The position numbers and the translations under genes were made by a program. From positions 981,403 to 1,045,402 of the forward strand of contig NW_003314327.1 of the NCBI RefSeq assembly GCF_000143415.4: a stretch of 64,000 nt of DNA, given 5' to 3'. A model generated the notes under the pieces. That model did no database searches and was not told the DNA's origin. It saw only the letters and a list, made by a program, of their open reading frames with translations. Origin of the DNA: Selaginella moellendorffii. Its lineage: Eukaryota; Plantae; Lycopodiophyta. Every line of letters begins with the position of its first letter. Position 1 is the first letter of the stretch. Shown one piece after another: positions 26,213 through 37,792 of the stretch.

Positions 26213-29200
26213 TGTAAGCGACTAATTTTTCCATTTTACTTTAGTCACTTAACTGCACCTCCGACCACTTGGAGGAGTCTCATTCACAACCTCCATAAGT
26301 CCCAGTTAGGACTTGGGGCTTGCTAGCCCTAAGAATGGCATCCATGCCACCCAACCTTTGCATTTGGTCCAAGTGCTCCATGTGTCCGATCCCATGACCG
26401 ACACCCCAAGGTACCACCAACATACCAGCCCGTTACACTTGGCCATGCCCATTCACCTTGGTCACACCGGTGGTCTAACGCCATCTGCATCATAATTCCG
26501 TCTCTCAAAGACTGAGCCGTCCGTCCATGAGCGATCATCCTAGATCTACTCCTTAGCATCCTTAGGATGCCCGCAGACATGGGGAATAGCCTTCCCCGAC
26601 AACTCTTTTCCAGTCCCCACCAAGTCCCTTTTAGTCTATGGCCGTGTTCGCCAACACTGCCACTGAATCAAGGCCCGCAGGCCTGACCGCTAAGTCCCAC
26701 TATCCTTTGGGACTTCCTCACCATGTGACCGTATCCTTCGTCACTGCATTAGAGGCCTACTCCTCTTCCCTTTCACCGTTTGGGACTTTGGGACAACATT
26801 TCGGAACACCGTGGCCTTACGCAAGCCTCATGGGTACTCTCCCCGCCTTTCGCCTTTAGGTGCTCTAGCTATGGGCTTAGAGCGAGGTTCCGTTGAGCCA
26901 CGATAGGTATCCAAGTAGGTAGTGCCACCCACACTTGGACTGGGAGCATCGGCCAGTTGATCTCCCGGGGGAACTAGAGCCGGCTCTTGAACACTTCACC
27001 AAGCTACCCCGCTTGTCGGTCCGTGTTCACTCTAGTCTTGGACTTCCCAGTGGGCAGCTCATCACCCAATACTGGGTCCGGCCTTCCTGGGCCAAACTGG
27101 CCTTTCCTGGCCAAACTGGCTCCACTGCAGTCCTCCCCCTACTATACTTTTGGAGCTCACCAAACCCCCCAGGGTCTGGGAGACGAACGCTTTGGGCTTT
27201 CACCCTCTCAGGCTCAAACTCGGACTCGGCCTCGGACTCGGACTCGGACTCGGACTTGGACTCGGATTCTGACCCGGACTCGGACTCGGCCTCGGCCTCG
27301 GACTCAATCTCGGTCCCGATCTCGGTCTCGGTCCCGGTCTCGGTCTTGACCTCGGACTCCATCTCGGGTCCTTCTCGGACTCCATCTCGGACTCCGTCTC
27401 GGTCCATCTCGGACTCCATCTCGGACTCCATCTCGGGTCCATCTCGGACTCCATCTCGGGTCCATCTCGGACTCCGTCTCGGTCCATCTCGGACTCCATC
27501 TCGGGTCCATCTCGGACTCCATCTCGGGTCCATCTCGGACTCCATCTTGGACTCCGTCTCGGTCCATCTCGGTCCATTTCAGACTCCATCTCGGACTCCA
27601 CCTCGGACTCCAACTCGGGTCCATCTCGGACTCCATCTCGGACTCCATATCGGACTCCACTTCGGGTCCATCTCGGACTCCAATTCGGGTCCATCTCGAA
27701 CTCCAACTTGGGTCCGCCTCGGACTCCATCTCGGACACTTCGATGTGTCATGTGTTGGTCCTTTTTGGGTCCCTTTTTTGAGCCTTTCTTATTGGTTGTC
27801 TCGTGCTTGCTNNNNNNNNNNNNNNNNNNNNNNNNNNNNNNNNNNNNNNNNNNNNNNNNNNNNNNNNNNNNNNNNNNNNNNNNNNNNNNNNNNNNNNNNN
27901 NNNNNNNNNNNNNNNNNNNNNNNNNNNNNNNNNNNNNNNNNNNNNNNNNNNNNNNNNNNNNNNNNNNNNNNNNNNNNNNNNNNNNNNNNNNNNNNNNNNN
28001 NNNNNNNNNNNNNNNNNNNNNNNNNNNNNNNNNNNNNNNNNNNNNNNNNNNNNNNNNNNNNNNNNNNNNNNNNNNNNNNNNNNNNNNNNNNNNNNNNNNN
28101 NNNNNNNNNNNNNNNNNNNNNNNNNNNNNNNNNNNNNNNNNNNNNNNNNNNNNNNNNNNNNNNNNNNNNNNNNNNNNNNNNNNNNNNNNNNNNNNNNNNN
28201 NNNNNNNNNNNNNNNNNNGAGGGTAGCCTCCCCAACTTAGAGACTGATTGGACCACATGTAGTGGTTCTCGCTAAACCTCTTAAAGACCCTTCTCTAAGT
28301 CAATCCCACTACTCCTTCTCGGGTAGTCTCAATTTCCATCTATTGAACGTTTGCACCTTGGAACTTTTACTGTTTTGACTTTTGGAAGTCAATTTCCTAA
28401 GTGTCTCCAATACCTTGCATTGCACAGATTGTGCAACTCCACTTCCCCATCCTAGGAAGTTCATTACTTGAGGGCACCATCATCCTCTCTTCTATTTCGT
28501 GCCACCTTGGGCACTAAGTTCCATTTATCATACTTTGTGCTAGGGCTGTCCATGGCCCTATCATTTGGCTACCTTACCGCTCCCTCACTTGGAGCTTTTA
28601 CTTCGCCAAATTGGAGCACTTAAGAATCCATCCTTGGAAGTCCACTTCCTTTCCCACAAGCTGTTAGCACCGAACACATTAGTGTTCCTTGGCTAACTTT
28701 GCCATTTGGATCCCTTCCATTTAAATTCCATGGCCCAAACTTGGCCACTAGTCCTTTGCTCCTATCCTTGATTGTTGCACCCAGCAACATCGGATCGCTA
28801 CCTCCATTTTTGAGGTATCCTTTCGGTTCCATAGCAAAGACTCTTCTTTGCCAAGTCCGGAGGATGTTCACCCCTAGTACGTCTCTTTAGCATCTTCTGC
28901 TATGGGCTCTATCCATGGCCCAACTTTGTGACCCTCCCATGGATCTTTTATAGAGACTACTTTCCTCGGACTCACTATGCCATCGGACGGACATAGTTTA
29001 TTTCCCTTAGGTGCTCTTCCCACTTGGTCATCACGACCAAGCCACACCATCTTAAACAGTTCAATTTCAACATTTTGAACTAGGAACTTCATTCCTTAGC
29101 CAACCAAGGACCTTGTCCTTATCTGGCCATAAGATCACCTAGTGATCTCACCTTGGCACCTTAACAGAGTTGCCAAGAGGTACTTGGTCTTCTAGACCTC

Positions 29201-32200
29201 CAAGTTGTTGACTATAACCCCGGGGGCATCCCCAATACTTGGCGGTGCACCCAAGCTAGCCCTTACGGCCAAGGGTTCATAGCAACTGAGATTAGGTGTC
29301 CCCATCTCACTCACCATGTCCTTGGTGCCACTTGCACCAAAGCGTTCAAGTTAGATATGCTGAGCTTTCACACTAAGCAATCTAACCGTGCATCACGACT
29401 CCGAAGCATCCCTCGCTTGGCGGTGTGCCCAAACCAGTCTCCCCACTGAGAGTCCATGACCACCGAAATATGAGTGTCCTCATATTCCAAACCATCACCA
29501 CGCCCTAGTGATTTGGGACTCGAACCCAAGCACTAGAGGGTCGGGACTTGAACCCAACCTCCGTATATGCATCTACAGACGGCATCACACCGGATGCCTG
29601 ACGTGACTCCCCACGCCTGTGCACTAACTTATATTTAAAGCGCACTATAGATCACAGCTTAGGAACCTAGTTCCTCCCCACTGCCAAGTCTTCTCACTTG
29701 ACAAGCCTGTGATCATGCATGGACTCCTCCATGCTTGGCCCCATGGCCCACCCTTTTTTGAAGTTATCACCTTCAACTAGGGTATTTGTTCCCTTGACTT
29801 GCCAATCTCGCTTTGGCAAGTCCTCCGACCACTTTAACATGGTTCCTGCACAAGCGTGAAAGCCCTTGATCATCGACTTTCGTTCAAAGCCTTCTCTTTG
29901 AACACTCGGGAACTACTTCCCTAACCTTGATAGCCTTGCCTCATGGCAAGCTTCAAGACCATGCTTCTGCTGCGCCACTCTGATTTCGCGCGTTCCTTGA
30001 ACCATTTATGCTTGGCCTTTCTAGGTACTACGCTACCTAGAATCCTCTTTCGGAACCTTGAAGGAACTCTGTCCCTTAGCTTGCTAAGGCCTTCTTTTTT
30101 GCAAGCTTTCCAATTGCCACATAGTCTAACATGGACAATTCCATATTTTAGACTCTTCATGGCATCACGGTTGCTAGCGGCAACACCCTCGAGCCCCCAC
30201 TTGATTCTCCACTCCCAGCTGGCATAACCAACCTTGGTTATGCCCTTCGATTCCTATGGTTCGGTTCCATCCCCTTACTTCTTGCTTTTGGCTTCACACC
30301 TTTCCTTCGGTTATTCTCCTCCAGACCAGGAGGATAGCTTTGCACCTTCTATCATGCCTTAGCAAGTATCCTTAGGGATGAACCTACCCAATAGCCCAGG
30401 GAGTGGTTCCTCAATCCAGGTATGCTCACCTTATAATCCCACACACTAGGATTACATTGTTGCTTATGGGCCTTTACAGGCCCATCACTAGCCTTGCCAA
30501 AATTCCATTTTTGGCTTTGTCCAACTCGGGTAGACAGTCCTCTCCTGTCTCCGCAACCTTGGACATTTGGATAGCACCTTCTATCTATCATTCGCTAGGG
30601 ACTTAGTCCCTTGGGCTTTATCCATTGCCCTCGCGACATCAAACACCACTTTCTGGTGTTCTAGAGTGTTCGGGTGTCCCAATGATGGCTTTCTTGACAA
30701 TGAGTATTTCCTTTTATGACATTGACTTACTATATCGCAACACAAGCAACTTATCCCCCGTAAGGGTATATGCGACTTCCCTATGCTATTAAGAAGTCTT
30801 GGGTAGCTACCTTCTACCCGTTTAACTAGTTATTTTGCACCTCTTGCTTAGTTGCCTCATAGTTGTCAAGTCCTACAACTCATTGCTTGGTGCTTTCACA
30901 CCTCCATCATTATCTGGGTCACCACACTCCAACTGCATGCTTTGCAGCTTAGGCTATGCCATTCCCATTTCCATTGGGATTCCTTTGGCAAGGGGTTCTC
31001 ATGAACCCACCAACATAACCTCAAGGTATCACACCTTGGCACATTTGGTGTCTCCACACCATCGGCTCCACGAGCTTACCTCTATGACACTTCTTCTTTG
31101 TGTCTAAGTCTTTGCCAAGACCAATACCACTCTTTCTCATGCCAACCATCTGTTAGCACTGCATCATAGAGGTCACACACAACTTTGTGTCAAAGTTGTT
31201 TTCTTTTTGGGAACACCTTTCCCACGACTTTAGCATGGCACATTTTGCCATCGATGAGATACCCTCTGTTCTCATCCTTGGATCCTATAATCCCCCCCCC
31301 ATCCTTTGTAAGGTACAACACACCTTAGTCCAAATGCTTCCATCAGTCCTTTTAGGACCGTCCTTTGACTCTACTTGAGTCATCGAGCAGTTTTGGACTT
31401 GGTTAATCCACAGACCCGTAAGGTCCTACTTATGAGGCACTAGCTCACTGGAATACACTTCTTGCATTCCTGTCCCACTCAAAAGGACTATTTTCACAAG
31501 TGTTACTCTGACACTTGATTTTGTTCTCTGGGGGCAACCTTTGCCCCTTAGGACTACTTGTCCATGTGATGAGAATACCACTCATCTCTAAGTACACCCC
31601 CCAACTCCTTGGGTTGTTCCAGCATTTATTAAAGGTAGCCCCGGCTACCATTTCAAGGACTTGAGTCCTCTTTCGTATTTGACCTCCCACGGTCATTACT
31701 TCTGGTCTCACATTCATGAGCACCAACCTCAACTATATGAGGATAATCTTATGACTCCTTTATTGTTTTGGAGTCTCTATCTTTCCCGTGATCCTAACTA
31801 TAGTTGTTTACCACAACTACCTTAGCCAACTTGCTGAGACAAATGCTCATCCAGATCACATCCTCAACTCAATGAGGAAAACCTTGCACTGTTCCCAAGA
31901 TCCCAAAGTCGTTCCATTATTGGCCCTTTTCTATCCACCACCTTGTCTACAAGTTCACACATGAACTGTAATGGAGAGCCATGTCTTCCTGACTTGCTAC
32001 TCCTCAAGGATAGGCCCACTCCTCAGACCTTCCAATGCCAACACTAGTGGTGATATACTTGAGCACCAATAAAAGTCGGATTAAGGAACAGCTCCGATAC
32101 CAAATTGTAAGCGACTAATTTTTCCATTCTACTTTAGTCACTTAACCACACCTCCGACCACTTGGAGGAGTCTCATTCACAACCTCCATAAGTCCAATCC

Positions 32201-33722
32201 AGGACTTGGGATTTGCTAGCCCCGAGAATGGCATCCATGCCACTCAACATTTGCACTTGGTCCAAGTGCTCCACGTGTCCGATCCCATGACCGACACTCA
32301 AAAGTACCACCGATATGGCAGCCCGTTACGCTAAGGCCATGCCCAATCACCTTTGCCACACTGGTAGTCCATTACCACTTGCATCACAGTCTTGGCTCTC
32401 CAGGACTAGGCAAACCCTCCGTGAGTGGTCATCTCAGATCCACTCCTTAGCATCCTTAGGATGCCCACCGACAAGGGGAATAGCTTTCCCCAATATCCCT
32501 CTATCAGTCCCCACTAAGTCCCTTTCTGCCCCTGGCCGTGTTTGCCAACACTGCCACTGGATCGAGACCCACAGGCCCGACCACTAAGTCCCATAGTCCT
32601 CTGGGACTTCCTCACCACACGACTGTGTCCTTGGTCACTACCCCAGAGGACTGCTCCTCTTCCTTTCCATAGTCTGGGCCTTTGGGACAACATTTCGGAA
32701 CACCGTGGCCCTACGCGGGCCTCATGGGTACTCTCCCTGCCTTTCGCCTTTGGGTGCTCTAGCCATGGGGTTAGAGCGAGGTTCCGTTGAGCCACACCAG
32801 GTATCCAAGTAGGTAGTGCCACCCACACTTGGACTGGGAGCATCGGCCAGTTGATCTCCCGGGGGAACTAGAGCCGGCTCTTGAACACTTCACCAAGCTA
32901 CCCCGCTTGTCAGTCCGTGTTCACTCTAGTCTTGGACTTCCCAGTGGGCAGTTCCTCACCCAACACTGGGTCCGGCCTTCCTGGGCCAAACTGGCCTTTC
33001 CTGGCCAAACTGGCCTTTCCTGGCCAAACTGGCTCCACTGCAGTCCTCCCCCTTACTATACTTTTGGAGCTCACCAAACCCCCTAGGGTCTGGGAGACGA
33101 ACGCTTTGGGCTTTCACCCTCTCAGACTCAAACTCGGACTCGGACTCGGACTTGGACTCGGGCTCGGTCTCGGCCTTGGCCCTTGTCTCGGTCTCGGTCC
33201 CGGTCTCGGTCTCGGTCTCGATCCCGGTCTCGGTCTCGGTCTCGGTCCCGGTCTCGGTCTCGACCTCGGACTCCATCTCGGGTCCTTCTCGGACTCCATC
33301 TCGGACTCCGTCTCGGTCCATCTCGGACTCCATCTCGGACTCCATCTCGGGTCCATCTCGGAATCCATCTCGGGTCCATCTCGGACTCCGTCTCGGTCCA
33401 TCTCGGACTCCGTCTCGGGTCCATCTTGGACTCCAATTCGGGTCCATCTCGGACTCCAACTCGGGTCCGCCTCGGACTCCATCTCGGACACTTCCATGTG
33501 TCATGTGTTGGTCCTTTTTGGGTCCCTTTTTGGAGCCTTTCTTATTGGTTGTCTCGTGCTTGCTCCTCGAGCACTTTGTTGGGAGTGCCACTCCCGCTCT
33601 CGACCTTCCAAGTCGGAGCTTTTAGTCCAAACGTGTTATGCTCGTTTGGCTTTCGCTTCGGCCACTACCACGTGGCACCCTTTCCGGCTCCACTTTGGGG
33701 CCTAGGGATTTTGTGTCTCACA
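26213..33722 (-). mobile_element. Family-A copy A2 (non-coding LARD-like): 5' LTR 32106-33722, 3' LTR from 26213 into the N gap
   Basis: Reverse complement of 53781-61525; PBS (rc) 32091-32102; no matching TSD. Confidence 0.85.
27812..28218. other. Assembly gap (N run)
   Basis: N bases. Confidence 1.
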
Positions 33723-35769
33723 ATAGACTGTGTCAATGTGATGTGAATCCAAGAAAATAATTTCTAAGAAAGACTTATGGGAAGGCCATAAAGTTGGGTT
33801 ATGGATAAAGCCCATAGCAAGAATGCTAAAGGGACCTATTAGGGGTGAACACCCTTTATATTTAACAAAGCAAAGCCTTTGTTATGAAACTGAAAGGATA
33901 TCTCAAGAATGAAAGTAGTGATCTTATGTTGCTTGGTGCAACAATCAAAGGATATACTAATGGCCAAGATTGGGCCATAAAAATCATTGGAAGGAATCCA
34001 AACGACAAAGTTGAGCAAAAAACACTTATGTGTTGGATGCTAATGGATTGTGGGAAAAGGAATGTGTTTCCAAGGATGGATTCCTAAATGTTTAAATTTG
34101 GCAAAAGTGAAAACTGCAAAGGAGGGAGCGGCAAGGTAACTAAATGATAGGGTCATGGACAGTTTTAACATAAATTATGGATAAATGGAACTTAGTGTCT
34201 AGAGTAGGACAAAATAGAAGAGAGCATGATGGTGCCCTTAAATAAAGAATTTCTTAGGATGGGAAAATGGAGTTTGCATAACATATGTAATGCAAGGTGT
34301 TGAAAACACTCAAGAAATCAACTTTGAGAAGTCAAAATTAAAAGTTCTAAAGTGTGATGGTTATATTAATAGAAATTAAGACTAGTAGTAATATTAAGAT
34401 AGAGAAAGTGTATAGCAAGAACTAAATAAACAAAAAGGGAAGGACTACCATAAATGGTTTAATAAATCTTTCAATTGGAGAGACCATACTCTTTAAAGGA
34501 TGGGAAATGTATGGTGAGCTTTTGGTGTCGAACCATTGATGAATATTGGCTTGGTGCCAAGGAAAATGGTAATCTATAATGGGGTTACTTTATAAAATGG
34601 TTTATCATTTGATGAGGACATCTAACTTCGTTTATAAGTGGTGGAGTTGTGAGATACAAATCCCTAAGCCCCAAAATGGAACCAAAAGGATGCTTTGTGG
34701 TAATGGCTGAAGTAGAAGCCAAATGAGTGTAACACATTTGAACTAAAAGCTCCAACTTAGATAATTGAGACTAGTAGTGGAACTCTTAACGAAGTGCTTG
34801 AGGAAGCAGTAAGTGAGTTTTTAGAGAGCACATAACAAGCAATAAGTGAGCTTTTAGAAAAGGGACATAAGAGGACCAATACATAACACATGGAAGTGTC
34901 AAGATGGAGTTCGAGATGGGCCCGAAAAGGAGTATGATAGACCCAAGATAGAGTTTGAGATGGAGTCAGAGATGGAGTTTGAGATGGACCCGAGATGGAA
35001 ACAGAGATTGAGACCGAGACCGAGGTCAAACTGAGACCGAGACCGAGGTCAAGACTGAGACCGAGACCGAGGTCAAGACTAAGACCGAGACCGAGGTCAA
35101 GACTGAGACCGAGACCAAGGTCAAGACTGAGACTGAGACTGAAACCAAGACCGAGTCCAAGTCCGAGTCTGAGTCCGAGCCCGAGTCTAAGTCTGAGGGT
35201 GAAAGCCCAAAGAATTCGTTTCCCAGACCCTAGGGGGTTTGGTGAGCTCCAAAAGTATAGCAGGGGGCAGACTTTAGTAGAGTTAGTTTAGCCAGGAAAG
35301 ACTAATGTAACCAAGGAAGGCTATACCCATGTGTTGGGTGATGATATAACCATTAAGGAGTTTAAGGCTAGAGTGAGTATAGACAAACAAACGGGGTAAC
35401 TTGTTGAAGTGTTCAAGAGCTGGCTATATCTCCCTCGGTGATCGAATGGTCAATGCTCCCAATCCAAGTGTGGGTGGCACTACCTACTTGGATATCTAGT
35501 GTGGCTTATTAGAACCTCACTCTAACCATATAGATAAGGCACCTAAAGGCAAAACGTGGGGAGAATACCCATAAAGCTTGTGTAGGGCTATAATGTTTTG
35601 AAATGTCACCACAAAGTCCTAGACTATAGAAAGGAAGAAGAGCAATCCTCTAGTGTAGTGACTAAAGATAATATCACATGGTGAGGAAGTCCTAAAAGAC
35701 AGTGGGACTTAGTGGTCAGGCTTATAGGCCTTGACCCGGTGGTGGTGTTGGCAAGCACAACCATGGATA
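33723..35769 (+). mobile_element. Old, AT-drifted family-A 3' internal region, PPT and 3' LTR (from 34648), interrupted by A3
   Basis: Colinear with ~58700-61100 but with many C>T/G>A changes; aagtggtggagt|TGTGAG junction. Confidence 0.8.
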
Positions 35770-37452
35770 TGTAAGCGACTAATTTTTCCATTCTACTTTA
35801 GTTACTTAACTATACCTTTGACCACTTGGAGGAGTCTCACTCACAACCTCCATAAGTCCTATTCCAAACTTGGGGACTTGTTAGCCTTGAGAATGATGCC
35901 ACTCAACTTTTGCACTTGGTCCAAGTGCTCCACGTGTCCAATCCCATGACCGACACCCCAAGGTACCACTGACAAATTAGCCCGTTACGCTCAGGCCATG
36001 CCCCTTCACCTTGGTCATATCGGTGGTCTAACACCACCTACATCACGGTCCCCTCCCTTAAGGACTGGGCTATCCATCCATGAGTGGTCATCCCAGATCC
36101 ACTCCTTAGCATCCTTAGGATGCCCGTAGATATGGGGAACAGCTTTCTCCAATATCCCTTTTCCAGTCCCCACCAATGTCCCTTTTTGTCCATAGCTGTG
36201 TTTACCAACATTGCCACTGGATCAAGGTCTATATGTAAGCCACAAATTTTTCCTTTCCAATTTGCTAGCTCACCTCGTCTATCCGTCCGACACTGCCTTG
36301 GCTTTTGCTAAGTTCCCTCGCCAAGGTTCTTGCCTATGGTACCAGCTCCTACTTGGTCCTACTTGCTTTCAGCTACTCACTGCACGAGCAACGGAGCGTT
36401 AGCCACCATCCACAGATTCCCAATCTCTCCCAATCCCCCTCCCCGGGTTAGACTGGACTTAAGGTTCGGCTACACTCCCCGCAAGCACAAGCAGCCAAGC
36501 ACACCAAGCTTCCAGGTTCCTAACTTCCCTTGGTACCACAAGACTTGATCATAGGACCCTCTAAATCCCAAGTCTTGAGTGCAACACTTGCTTCGGGACG
36601 CCGGGGCGAAACACCGTGGCCTAGCGGCCCGGTATGGGTACCTTTACCCCCCCACTTCTATCCCGAAGGAAGGCCCAAGCCCCTAGGAAGGGCGAGGACC
36701 AATGAGCTGCATGGTACTCAAGTGGGGCACCACTCCACATGAGCCGGGAGCACCGCAATCGGTTTCCCTTTCGGGAGTGGGAGCTGCTCTTGAGCACTTC
36801 CTTGGATGGCCCCTCCGGCACCAACCAAGTCCATGCTCACTCCCACCCAAGGCCCCTCGGTCCCAGTCCCAACCTCAAGTCAGTTTGGGAGCCCCACTGG
36901 AGAGTCCCTTCTAAACTGGTTCCTGGACCTCACTATCCCTACTATACTTTTGGAACCCCCTACAGCCCCCCCGCCCTGGGAGACGCACGCTTTGGGCTTT
37001 CACCCCTTGACTCGTATTAGTATTTGGACTTAGTCTCTGGCTCGATCTCGAACCCGATTTCGGATCCGACTTCGGATTCGGTCTCGGACTCGATCTCGGA
37101 CTCGATCTCGGACCCGATCTCAGACCCGACCTCGGACTCGACCTCGGACTCGGTCTCGGACCCGATTTCGGATCTCGGACTCCGTCTCGAACTCGGTCTC
37201 GAACTCGGACTCGAACTCAGTCCCCGAGTCGGTCTCGGACTCGATTCCGGATTCTATCTCGAACTCGGTCCTAGAGTCGGTCTTGGACTCGATCCTCGAC
37301 TTGGTCCCATCCGATGAACTCTTTGTCATTTTGGTCATGCTTTCGGGGTTCCTTTAGCCTACGACACCTCGGCGAGTTGGTTCCTTACAACTCCACCACC
37401 CATAGAAGAAGTTCGATGCCCACATCGAACATCTCGTTTTATCCTACGACTT

Positions 37453-37697
37453 GTTGACCATGTCTTCGGGGGCATCCCCCCACTTAGCGGTGTGCATAAG
37501 TTAGCCTCCCCGGCCAAGAGCCCATGACAACGGAATATAGGTGTCCCTATACTCCTCACCTCACCACGCCCTAGTATGGGGTCAGGACTTGAACCCAGCC
37601 TTGCTTTACTAGGGGGTTGGGACTCGAACCCAACCTCCGTAGAATACGTCTACGGATTCGACATCCCCGCAGGGTGTCGGGCGTAGCTCCCTACGCC
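37453..37697 (-). ncRNA. Putative cis-acting structured RNA (hairpin array) in the 3' UTR of B
   Basis: Stems with GGAG, TTCGAGT/TTCAAGT and GACA loops that covary with family-A copies at 58076-58490 and 29207-29620. Confidence 0.6.
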
Positions 37698-37792
37698 TGG
37701 TCGACCTAGCTAACCCATGCTAATTAGCTTACCTTCGGCATGCCTTCGGGTCCCAACATATGCCACTTGCTCAACTTTGCAAATTGATATTT

